Positions 24,113-32,439 of a DNA stretch of 32,439 nt are shown in pieces; the first letter of the stretch is position 1, and every line of letters begins with the position of its first letter. The stretch spans positions 1 through 32,439 of IMG/VR virus record IMGVR_UViG_3300021256_000007, one strand, 5' to 3'. A program made the position numbers and the translations under genes. This DNA comes from a virus (Duplodnaviria; Heunggongvirae; Uroviricota; Caudoviricetes). Below the pieces are notes generated by a model. That model worked only from the letters and a program-made list of their open reading frames with translations, was not told the DNA's origin and did not search any database.

Positions 24113-24682
24113 ATGGAAGTTGAATCCATGAAACACGGAAAGGCAACCGTAGAAAAGTGCCTTGAAGAACTGTTTAAGAAGTCCGACCTCACCCCTGCCG
24201 AAACGAAGGCTGCGCTGGATGGTATGAATCTTCGCGATCTGTTAACTTGCGAGATTGAAGATTGCAAGATGAAAGAGCGGGAGAAAGAGGACATGGAGTA
24301 TTCTGAACGCGGATATTCTGGTCATGACACTCCTTACCGCCAGTATCATATCACGTCTTACGGGCGTCCTATGCGTATGCCTCGTTCTGACGGAAGTTAC
24401 CGTCCGATGAGGATTTCTTACGGCGGACGGACGATGGACGACTATTCCGGCGACTATGGCGTTCAGGGCTGGTACCGTAGCGGAGACGGTATGTCGAACT
24501 GTGGTCCTGAGCCTTATTATTATTCCGACGGTCGCTATCGCGATGACCACCGGTACAGCCGTCATAGTATCGGTGACAGGGTCGTTGAGAAGCTTGAACA
24601 TATGATGGACACTACCAGTTCTGAGTATGAAAAAGAGGAACTGCATAAGTTCATTCGTATGGTTCGGAGTGCTGCTGACTAA
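24113..24682 (+). CDS. protein with a Tyr/Arg/Gly/Ser-rich low-complexity middle region
   Basis: GAGG RBS; helical N- and C-termini. Confidence 0.8.
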   Translation: MEVESMKHGKATVEKCLEELFKKSDLTPAETKAALDGMNLRDLLTCEIEDCKMKEREKEDMEYSERGYSGHDTPYRQYHITSYGRPMRMPRSDGSYRPMRISYGGRTMDDYSGDYGVQGWYRSGDGMSNCGPEPYYYSDGRYRDDHRYSRHSIGDRVVEKLEHMMDTTSSEYEKEELHKFIRMVRSAAD

Positions 24683-24694
24683 GTTTAAGATTAA

Positions 24695-24735
24695 GGGGAG
24701 AGCTCTTGAGTCCTTCAAGGGCTCTCTTCGATTTA
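24695..24735 (+). terminator. terminator-like hairpin with a weak U-tail
   Basis: 15-bp stem ggggagagctcttga/tcaagggctctcttc. Confidence 0.6.
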
Positions 24736-24769
24736 AAAAATACGAATAGGAAAGTGAGGGTTCAGACAT

Positions 24770-25579
24770 ATGCCTGATAACACAATTGACTATCTGGCCC
24801 ATCACGGTTTGATCGGGCAGAAAGACGATTTAGTAAGCAATATTGAATTAGACGATGACTTTCTGGAACATTATCAGATTAAGGGTGCTAAGCATGGCAT
24901 CCGCAGATTTCAGAATTATGATGGCTCTTTAACTCCGGCAGGACGCGAACGCTATGGCATTGGACCTGCAAGAGAAGCGAAAAAAGAAGCCGCTGCAAGT
25001 GCTGCAAAAAATATTAATAAAAAAGCAAAAGCAGTTTTAAACACTTATAAAGAAAAACGGGCCAAAGCAAAAGAAGCGAGCGCCGCTAAAGCTCATGAAA
25101 TGCTAAAAGAATATGCTCGTAGGCATCCTAAGTATTTACCGATGCTTAGTAAAACAATGACTAAAGACGAGATTAATAAGATTGTCGACGATATAAATTT
25201 TGATCAGAAATTACGAGATATTCGACAGCGCGAACTTGATGAAGGAACTCGGCGTATACAGCGTGCAGCAAATACCATTGGTGCAATTTCAAATTTAATG
25301 AATAATAGCAAGAATCTTTATAACAATTCGGTTGAAATTTATAATTCGATTAAAGGAACTAATAAACGTAAAATCGGCGAAAAGAAAGAAGAAGATCGTA
25401 GCGAAATTACAAAGATTATTCGTAGTGGTTCGGCCGATGATGTTTATAAGAATATCTCAAGGATGACGTCTAGCGAACTTGGAGATGCTATTAAACGGTT
25501 AAACGCCGAAGAGGTGCTAAAAAATCAATACGGCGTTAAGGTCGATGATAAAACTAAAAACAAAGATGACAAAACGTAA
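24770..25579 (+). CDS. HHG-motif (DUF7211-like) basic helical protein
   Basis: YLAHHGLIGQK, then HYQIKGAKHGIRRFQNYDGSLTPAGRERY. Confidence 0.75.
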   Translation: MPDNTIDYLAHHGLIGQKDDLVSNIELDDDFLEHYQIKGAKHGIRRFQNYDGSLTPAGRERYGIGPAREAKKEAAASAAKNINKKAKAVLNTYKEKRAKAKEASAAKAHEMLKEYARRHPKYLPMLSKTMTKDEINKIVDDINFDQKLRDIRQRELDEGTRRIQRAANTIGAISNLMNNSKNLYNNSVEIYNSIKGTNKRKIGEKKEEDRSEITKIIRSGSADDVYKNISRMTSSELGDAIKRLNAEEVLKNQYGVKVDDKTKNKDDKT

Positions 25580-25593
25580 AGGATGAAATCAAA

Positions 25594-27339
25594 ATGGCGT
25601 TATCGAATACGGCTGTGCCGAAATACTACGGCGCTTTTCGTGACGCCGTTTTACGTGGAGAAATTGTAGTTAATCGTGAAGTGTCCATGCAGATGACGCT
25701 TATCGATAAACTTATTGAGGATCCTAGGTTTTACTATGACGATACGGTTCTGGAAGGCTGGATTCGTTTCTGTGAAAACGAACTGACGCTTACGGATGGC
25801 GGGGATCTTACGCTGCTTGATTCGTTTAAGCTTTGGGCCGAAGATATTTACTGTTGGTTTTACTTCGTTGAGCGGAGCGTTTGGGTTCCGAACCTCAGAG
25901 GCAGCGGCGGACATTTCGAAATCCGAAAGATTAAGAAACGTCTTCGCAATAAGCAATATTTGATCGTTGGCCGTGGTGCAGCGAAGTCTGTTTACTGCAC
26001 TTGCGTTCAAGGTTACGGCCTCATTATGGACGAAGAGGCGACCGATCAGATTGTAACAGCGCCAACCATACGTCAGTCCGAGGAAACTTTGCTTCCGTTA
26101 AAGATTGCTATAGCTCGATCTAAAGGGCCGGTCCTTAAATTCATGACAGAAGGTTCGCTTCAGAATACTACCGGTAATAAAGCAGATCGCGTCAAAATAG
26201 CTCCGACAAAGAAAGGCATTGAGAATTTCGTTACGAACTCCATTCTTGAAAGCCGTCCAATGCGTATCGATAAACTTCAGGGTGCTCGCTGTAAATACGC
26301 CACGGTTGATGAGTGGCTTTCTGGCGATGTTAAGGAAGATGTTGTAGGTGCTTTGGAACAAGGTGCTGCGAAAGTCGATAATTGGCTTATTGTAGCAACA
26401 AGTTCCGAAGGTACTGTACGTAACGGCCCTGGCGATACTATAAAGATGGAACTTATGGAGATTCTGAAAGGGGATTACTATAATCCTCACGTTTCCATTT
26501 GGTGGTATAAGCTTGATGACATTAAGGAACTAAACAATCCTACGATGTGGATCAAGGCCAACCCGAATCTTGGCGCAACCGTAAGTTATGAGACCTATAA
26601 GATCGAGCTTGACCGAGCTGAAAAGAATCCGGCAGTTCGCAATGATATTCTTGCAAAGCGTTTCGGTATCCCGATGGAGGGTTACACTTACTTCTTTACT
26701 TATGAAGAGACAAAGCCGCATCGGAGACAGTATTTCGATGGCATGATGTGCTCGCTTGGTGTCGATCTCTCGCAAGGCGACGATTTTTGTGCGTTTACAT
26801 TTTTGTTTCCTTTGCCAAGCGGAGGCTTCGGCATAAAAGCGCGTAGCTATATTACGTCCTACACCTTCCAGAAATTACCAAGAGCGTTGCGTTCCGAGTA
26901 CGAAAAGTTTATTCGAGAAGAGAGTTTAGTTGTTCTGGAATCGACTGTGCTAGACCTCGGTGAAGTCTATGAGGATCTCTATCATTTCATTGATGCAAAG
27001 CACTACAATGTCCAGTGCCTTGGTTACGACCCGTATAATGCTCCAGTGTTTATTAATCGTTGGGAAATTGATAACGGCCCTTATGGTATCGAAAAAGTAC
27101 CTCAGGGCGTTAAGACTGAATCGGTTCCTCTTGGAGAATTAAAGATTATGGCCGAACGCAGAGAATTATATTTCGACGAACAGATTATGTCGTTTTGTAT
27201 GGGTAACTGCATTACTCAGGAAGATACGAATGGCAACCGGAAACTTTTAAAGAAACGTCGTCAGGAAAAGATCGATAACGTTTCGGCTCTGATGGATGCG
27301 TATGTCGCTTATAAGATGAATCGAGACATGTTTGAATAA
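25594..27339 (+). CDS. terL: terminase large subunit
   Basis: Walker A GRGAAKS; Walker B ATVDEW; nuclease motifs GVDLSQGDD and KIDNVSALMD. Confidence 0.92.
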   Translation: MALSNTAVPKYYGAFRDAVLRGEIVVNREVSMQMTLIDKLIEDPRFYYDDTVLEGWIRFCENELTLTDGGDLTLLDSFKLWAEDIYCWFYFVERSVWVPNLRGSGGHFEIRKIKKRLRNKQYLIVGRGAAKSVYCTCVQGYGLIMDEEATDQIVTAPTIRQSEETLLPLKIAIARSKGPVLKFMTEGSLQNTTGNKADRVKIAPTKKGIENFVTNSILESRPMRIDKLQGARCKYATVDEWLSGDVKEDVVGALEQGAAKVDNWLIVATSSEGTVRNGPGDTIKMELMEILKGDYYNPHVSIWWYKLDDIKELNNPTMWIKANPNLGATVSYETYKIELDRAEKNPAVRNDILAKRFGIPMEGYTYFFTYEETKPHRRQYFDGMMCSLGVDLSQGDDFCAFTFLFPLPSGGFGIKARSYITSYTFQKLPRALRSEYEKFIREESLVVLESTVLDLGEVYEDLYHFIDAKHYNVQCLGYDPYNAPVFINRWEIDNGPYGIEKVPQGVKTESVPLGELKIMAERRELYFDEQIMSFCMGNCITQEDTNGNRKLLKKRRQEKIDNVSALMDAYVAYKMNRDMFE

Positions 27340-27386
27340 CATAAAATTACCTCCCCCATATTAATGGGGATTAAGGAGCTGATCAT

Positions 27387-27923
27387 ATGAGAAACGTATT
27401 TGAATATTATTCAGAAGATAACTATCTTGCGCATCACGGCATTCTAGGTCAAAAGTGGGGAATTCGTCGTTTTCAGAATAAGGACGGTTCGTTAACTAAT
27501 GCCGGTAAGCAAAGATATTCTTCTGACGATTCAAATGCCGAAAATACTTTAAGCGACCGTTCTAAGCAAATTGAACAGGCCGTTCATAATTCTCGCATGA
27601 AGAATGATTCTTACTATCAACTTGATAAACGTCAAGATATGACAAAAGAGCAAAAAGACGCTGTTTATAAAAAGCAAATGAATAACGCCCTTACAAAGAT
27701 GCTAAATAATGCAAAAACTGACGAAGAAAAAACGCGAAAAGTAACGTCTCTAAATACTGCATTAAAGGAAGATCGTTGGAATTTAGATTTTTTGGAAGCA
27801 ATACAGAACTCTGGGATTATGCACGACGGCAACACGAGAGCTATGCTTATTGAATATGCTAATTTTTTAGATGATCCAGATGACTATTGGCAGAACGGTC
27901 GAAATAAATTATACGGTGTATAA
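27387..27923 (+). CDS. HHG-motif (DUF7211-like) protein
   Basis: YLAHHGILGQKWGIRRFQNKDGSLTNAGKQRY; AAGGAG RBS. Confidence 0.8.
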   Translation: MRNVFEYYSEDNYLAHHGILGQKWGIRRFQNKDGSLTNAGKQRYSSDDSNAENTLSDRSKQIEQAVHNSRMKNDSYYQLDKRQDMTKEQKDAVYKKQMNNALTKMLNNAKTDEEKTRKVTSLNTALKEDRWNLDFLEAIQNSGIMHDGNTRAMLIEYANFLDDPDDYWQNGRNKLYGV

Positions 27924-27952
27924 CTAATTAAAGCAATCGGAGGAGACTTCCA

Positions 27953-28459
27953 ATGACGGTTGCAAAACTTGTCGAATTGATCGGAGCTAAAAGTGGCGAA
28001 CTTTCGTTCTGGGGGATCGTTATACTGCTTCTGAGTTTAGGCGTGGAGTTCACTTCGATCAAGATTAATCCCTGGACAACGATTCTCGGATGGATCGGGT
28101 CCAGACTGAACTCCAAATTAAACTCAAAACTCAATGAGATTGAAACTAAAGTTGACAAACTTGGAAACGATCTCGATAAACATATTTCAGAATCGACGGC
28201 CAAAGAGATCCGAGATACGCGCAGAGATATTCTTGAATTTTGTAATTCCTGTATGAATGGAAGAAAACATACTAAGGAGCAATTCGAGTTTGTTATCAAA
28301 CAATGCGACGAATACGAGGATTATATTCGTTCCCGTAAAATTAAAAACGGCGTAGTTGATGCCGCTATGACAGAAATACGTCGTCTCAATCTGAAATGCA
28401 TTCAGGAAAACTCATATTTGAAAGAAGGGGAAGACTATGAAAACCGCAATGTGGTTTAA
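27953..28459 (+). CDS. membrane protein with a coiled coil, possible lysis accessory factor
   Basis: N-terminal TM segment; overlaps the holin gene. Confidence 0.7.
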   Translation: MTVAKLVELIGAKSGELSFWGIVILLLSLGVEFTSIKINPWTTILGWIGSRLNSKLNSKLNEIETKVDKLGNDLDKHISESTAKEIRDTRRDILEFCNSCMNGRKHTKEQFEFVIKQCDEYEDYIRSRKIKNGVVDAAMTEIRRLNLKCIQENSYLKEGEDYENRNVV

Positions 28460-28769
28460 GGCAGCGCTTATTCGCATGGTTCGAACCGCCGCACAGACTG
28501 CCCTCAGTCTTATGACGATCGGCCAAATGGTTTCTGACATTGATTGGAAAACCGTTCTTTCCGTGTCAATTGTAGCTGCGGTTTATTCTTTTCTCACCAG
28601 TATTGTAACCGATCTTCCGGAAGTCGGCAGCGACGGCACAGTTCATCTCGAAGGCGACGGCGAAGTCGGTGCAATTGATATTGTTCTCACCAATGACGAC
28701 ATGGCAAAAAAGAAACTTGTGAAGCTTAATGTTGACAAGGGCGAAGAGCAGTATCAGGGTAAACATTGA
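28437..28769 (+). CDS. holin, r1t-type
   Basis: KAALIRMVRTAAQTA...DWKTVLSVSIVAAVYSFLTSIV.DLPEV. Confidence 0.8.
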   Translation: MKTAMWFKAALIRMVRTAAQTALSLMTIGQMVSDIDWKTVLSVSIVAAVYSFLTSIVTDLPEVGSDGTVHLEGDGEVGAIDIVLTNDDMAKKKLVKLNVDKGEEQYQGKH

Positions 28770-28788
28770 TATTTGGAGGGCGTAAATT

Positions 28789-29880
28789 ATGTACGACAAT
28801 GATTACGTAATCTTATTTGACGAGAATGGTCAGCCTTATATTGCGCATAGTCAGATTATTACCAATCTTAAGAAGGGCGCAAAATCTGTTGCCAAGCTTG
28901 TCGACGGCACTAAAACTCGATATTTTTCTACGCAGAAGGAGCTGCAGGCTTACTATAATAAAGGTAAGCAAAAAGTTTCTCAAGTGGCATCGAAGGCGAG
29001 AAGTGCGGCTTCTAATGCCTATAGTAACGTTAGAAGCACCGCGACTAAAGCATATAAAAGCGCTAAGAAAGCCGCATGGAAAGCTGCTGATAATCTCGGT
29101 GTCGATGAAGCCATCGTTCGTAAGCGTGCTAAAGATACTATGAAGAAGCAGAATGACGATATGACGCGTACCGATTATATGGTTGCTAATAATAAATTTG
29201 CTAAAACGCCTCTTGGCAAAGCAGAGAAAGCTGTGCGAACCGCAATCGATACTACTAAACGTTATGCTAAAATTACCATTAGTGAAATGGATCATTATTT
29301 AGATAATGCTAAAGATAAATCCGGCGATCTGATTAATAAGGGCCGTACCATGTACGAAGACGCAAGAGAGACTGCACGAAATGTCGGTGATAAGGCTGCT
29401 GAATTTAGTAATCGGGCCATCGATTTGGTGACGTCTCGTGACGAAAAGCGGGCTCTTGATACGGCTCGTAACGAGTATGAAAAGGTTCGCGGGACGGGAG
29501 GCAGTGAAGAATCTGATGCATATTGGGCTCAGCGCGAAGCTGAAGCTAATTATGATCGCACCATTGGCGGAAGAGTTGGTTCTGCAGCATCTTCAGTTTC
29601 GTCTGCGGCTAAAAATGCTGCTTCTTCCGTAGGTACTGCAGCTAAAAATGCTGCTTCTTCCGTCGGCAATGCAGCTACTTCTGTAGGTAATGCTGCTAAG
29701 AGTGCCGCCGATCGCGTTACTGGTAAGACTAAAGCTCAGGCTCAGTCGGCTTACGATAAGGCGCTTCGCGAATATGAAAAAGTTCGTGGCACTGGAAGTG
29801 GCGAAGAATCTGATGCATATTGGGCACTTCGTGAGGCCGAACTTGCACTCGAACGTGCCGGTGGCAAAATTAAGAAATAA
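28789..29880 (+). CDS. Ala/Lys/Ser-rich repeat protein
   Basis: GGAGG RBS; internal repeats; N-terminus paralogous to that of the next gene. Confidence 0.8.
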   Translation: MYDNDYVILFDENGQPYIAHSQIITNLKKGAKSVAKLVDGTKTRYFSTQKELQAYYNKGKQKVSQVASKARSAASNAYSNVRSTATKAYKSAKKAAWKAADNLGVDEAIVRKRAKDTMKKQNDDMTRTDYMVANNKFAKTPLGKAEKAVRTAIDTTKRYAKITISEMDHYLDNAKDKSGDLINKGRTMYEDARETARNVGDKAAEFSNRAIDLVTSRDEKRALDTARNEYEKVRGTGGSEESDAYWAQREAEANYDRTIGGRVGSAASSVSSAAKNAASSVGTAAKNAASSVGNAATSVGNAAKSAADRVTGKTKAQAQSAYDKALREYEKVRGTGSGEESDAYWALREAELALERAGGKIKK

Positions 29881-29902
29881 TTAATAAGTGAGGTGCTAGA
29901 AA

Positions 29903-31375
29903 GTGCCTTCTTCGAATTACGTAATACTACTAGACGAGAACGGTCAGCCTTATATCGCCCATTCCGTATGGTCAAAAGCTAAAAGTGCTGCCGGTTCGGT
30001 AGGTTCGAGAGTTAAGTCGGCTGCGAAGTCCGCTGGCGAAGGCATGGGGCGTGGGTATCGTGAATCCGTGAAGTATATTCTAAAGGTCGGCGAAGGCGCT
30101 AAGGCTCAGTATGCGTATACGAAAGAAGAAGCCGAGCGACTCTTAGGACGAGGTAGGCAAAAAGTTCAGCAGACTGTTGATACTGCAAAACAGAAAGCAG
30201 CTTCTGCGTATAACAGCGGCCGTCAAGCTCTTAGTACAAACAAGGAAAAAGTTTCCGAGGTGTACAACAAAGCGATTAAAAACGTTTCGTCTACCGCGAC
30301 CAAGGTTCCTGAGTATCTAAAAGACACGGTAGCCATTCGCGATAAAGCCACCGGCGCTATTGTTCGCGGACAGGAAGCTGTTAAGAAGATCGAATCTGGA
30401 GCTAAAGCGGCAGCTTCGAAGGTAAAAGATAAAGCTCGCGATATAGCCGGATACGATGAACTTGACCGCTATGAACAAGCATGGGATCGTACCAGCGAAG
30501 CTAAGGACCGTTTAGCAAACAATCCTAATTCCGCTTATGCTCAGCGTGAAGTAGATCGGGCTGAACAAAATGAGGCCAAGGCTCACGAAGATTATCTAAA
30601 GACTCCGATTGGTAGACTTAACGATGCCAAATCTAGAGTTCAGGAAGTTGCTGAAGAAGCCAAGGATGCAGCTAGAAATGCCAAAGATAGAGCTTCAGAT
30701 GCTGTTTCAAAAGTTAAGGATAAAGCTCGCGATATAGCCGGATACGATGAACTTGACCGCTATGAACAAGCATGGGATCGTACCAGCGAAGCTAAGGATC
30801 GTTTAGCAAACAATCCTAATTCCGCTTATGCTCAGCGTGAAGTGGATCGGGCTGAACAAAATGAGGCCAAGGCTCACGAAGATTATCTAAAGACTCCGAT
30901 TGGTAGACTTAACGATGCCAAATCTAGAGTTCAGGAAGTTGCTGAAGAAGTAAAAGCTAATTTACGAGATAAAATAGGTTATGATGAAAAAGAGCGTTTA
31001 GAAGATGCTCAAAAAGCGTTTGATGAAAAATATGAAGAGGGCGTAAAACTCACAGAACAGCGTGAACCTATATATCGCGCATATTGGGATTATGTTAGTG
31101 AGCTGGAAAATAAATACGGCAATGGATTAAGTAATGTCGAGTCTAAAATGACTAAATCCGAACGACGTGAATACGAGCAGTTGAAAGATAATTTATCCAA
31201 TATCTCTGAAAAATGGTGGGACGCTACTGTCATACAAATGAACCCGTCGCACATTCTTGTAAGTCCGTATGACGAGCCAAAAACGCTGTGGGATAAGCTT
31301 GATGCTGCGAAACGAGACTATCAGAATACGCCCCTTTCAAAAATCGAGTCGTTTAGAAAGAAATTAAAAAAGTAA
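29903..31375 (+). CDS. helical repeat protein with a recent internal duplication
   Basis: GAGGTG RBS; GTG start; YVILLDENGQPYIAHS N-terminus. Confidence 0.8.
   Translation: MPSSNYVILLDENGQPYIAHSVWSKAKSAAGSVGSRVKSAAKSAGEGMGRGYRESVKYILKVGEGAKAQYAYTKEEAERLLGRGRQKVQQTVDTAKQKAASAYNSGRQALSTNKEKVSEVYNKAIKNVSSTATKVPEYLKDTVAIRDKATGAIVRGQEAVKKIESGAKAAASKVKDKARDIAGYDELDRYEQAWDRTSEAKDRLANNPNSAYAQREVDRAEQNEAKAHEDYLKTPIGRLNDAKSRVQEVAEEAKDAARNAKDRASDAVSKVKDKARDIAGYDELDRYEQAWDRTSEAKDRLANNPNSAYAQREVDRAEQNEAKAHEDYLKTPIGRLNDAKSRVQEVAEEVKANLRDKIGYDEKERLEDAQKAFDEKYEEGVKLTEQREPIYRAYWDYVSELENKYGNGLSNVESKMTKSERREYEQLKDNLSNISEKWWDATVIQMNPSHILVSPYDEPKTLWDKLDAAKRDYQNTPLSKIESFRKKLKK
30428..30950. repeat. 232-bp near-perfect direct repeat with a 291-bp period
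   Basis: 30428-30659 versus 30719-30950; two differences seen, both synonymous. Confidence 0.95.
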
Positions 31376-31393
31376 CTTTCGGAGGTGATTCCA

Positions 31394-32439
31394 TTGCCCA
31401 CCTTAGGTGAGCGCATTCAGAAGGCTTGGAATGCCTTCCGGAACCGAGATCCCACTCCTGTTAAGCAGCAGGAGTTTTTTTCTTATAGTTCAGCAGGCAT
31501 GGTAAGACCGGATCGTCGAAGACCCAAACCTGGCGGCGAACGGTCTATTATTGCGCCAATTTTAAACCGTATTGCGGTCGATGCAGCAGCAATTGATATT
31601 CGGCATGTTCGTAACGATGAATTCGGACGCTATAAAGAAGACATTCCAGATGAACTCAATGATATTCTGACTCTTGAAGCAAATCTGGACCAGTCTGCAA
31701 GAGACTTTAAACAGGATGTTTATGCATCTCTTCTTGAGGAAGGATATATCGCCGTATGTCCGATCGTTGCCGACGTTAACTATACGACTCTTTCTGTAAA
31801 CAAGATTCAGTCGGCCAGAGTTGGTAAAATCATTACCTGGTATCCAAAAGATATCGATGTTGAACTTTATAATGAGGATACTGGTAAACGCGAGACGATC
31901 AGAATGCCAAAGAAGCTCTGCGTCATTCTACAGAATCCGTTTTACGAGATCATGAACGCTCCGAACTCTCTTATGATGCGACTTCGGAAAAAGCTTGCTC
32001 TCCTGGATCAGATAGATGACAAAACTGCATCCGGAAAGCTCGATATGATCATTCAGCTTCCATACGCAACTCGCCATGAGACACAGAAGGAGAGAGCCGA
32101 GCAGCGCCGTCACGATCTGGAAGTACAGCTCGCCGGTTCTCGATATGGTATCGGCTACATTGACGCAAGTGAAAAAGTCATTCAGCTTGGCAGGCCACTC
32201 GATAACAATCTGCAGTCTCAGATCGATTCACTTACTAAGCAGCTTCACGACCAGCTTGGTGTGAATCCCGAGATTCTGAACGGTAATGCCAATGAAATGA
32301 CAAAGCTGAACTATAACAACAATATTATTGAGCCTATTGTAACGACATTTACAGACGGAATTACCCGCAAGTGGCTTACGAAAGCGGCTCGCACCCAAGG
32401 TCAGGCGATACGGTCCTTCCATGATCCGTTCCGTCTTGT
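31394..32439 (+). CDS. portal protein (HK97-like), 3'-truncated by the window; absent from the ORF track
   Basis: GGAGGTG RBS and TTG start; open frame MPTLGERIQKAWNAFRNRD...NRIAVDAAAIDIRHVR...ARTQGQAIRSFHDPFRL. Confidence 0.85.
   Translation, partial: MPTLGERIQKAWNAFRNRDPTPVKQQEFFSYSSAGMVRPDRRRPKPGGERSIIAPILNRIAVDAAAIDIRHVRNDEFGRYKEDIPDELNDILTLEANLDQSARDFKQDVYASLLEEGYIAVCPIVADVNYTTLSVNKIQSARVGKIITWYPKDIDVELYNEDTGKRETIRMPKKLCVILQNPFYEIMNAPNSLMMRLRKKLALLDQIDDKTASGKLDMIIQLPYATRHETQKERAEQRRHDLEVQLAGSRYGIGYIDASEKVIQLGRPLDNNLQSQIDSLTKQLHDQLGVNPEILNGNANEMTKLNYNNNIIEPIVTTFTDGITRKWLTKAARTQGQAIRSFHDPFRL

Noticed and set aside
25594-27339. Intein or intron in the terminase, helicase or polymerase
   Set aside because: Lengths are ordinary for these genes; no splice-junction motifs or LAGLIDADG/HNH inserts
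57-32422. Other minus-strand and nested ORFs in the track
   Set aside because: All overlap better-supported + strand genes and lack RBSs

Overview
The window is part of a tailed dsDNA phage genome, with all credible genes on the + strand and no integrase, tRNA or CRISPR array seen. Strong GGAGG ribosome-binding sites, TTG/GTG starts and an r1t-type holin suggest a Firmicutes host. Positions 1-8657 hold small early or accessory genes, including three DUF6353-like paralogs. Positions 8660-19124 hold an AT-rich origin candidate, a fused helicase-primase-polymerase, an SSB, an SF2 helicase, two nucleases and a single-chain DxDGD RNA polymerase-like gene. A probable cos junction lies at about 19390. 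After it come the packaging, lysis and head genes: HNH nuclease, head-tail adaptor, endolysin, a six-gene module of unknown function, large terminase, holin, repeat-rich proteins and a truncated portal. From recall, this gene set resembles RNAP-encoding siphoviruses such as the Mudcat/Pepy6/Rima-like actinophages and their gut relatives; I could not run a search to confirm this. The strongest novel signal is a ~160-nt non-coding element beside the putative cos (19443-19603). It is closed by a 28-bp stem, and its loop is antisense to the translation-initiation regions of five early genes. It is a candidate multi-target phage sRNA for early-gene shut-off.
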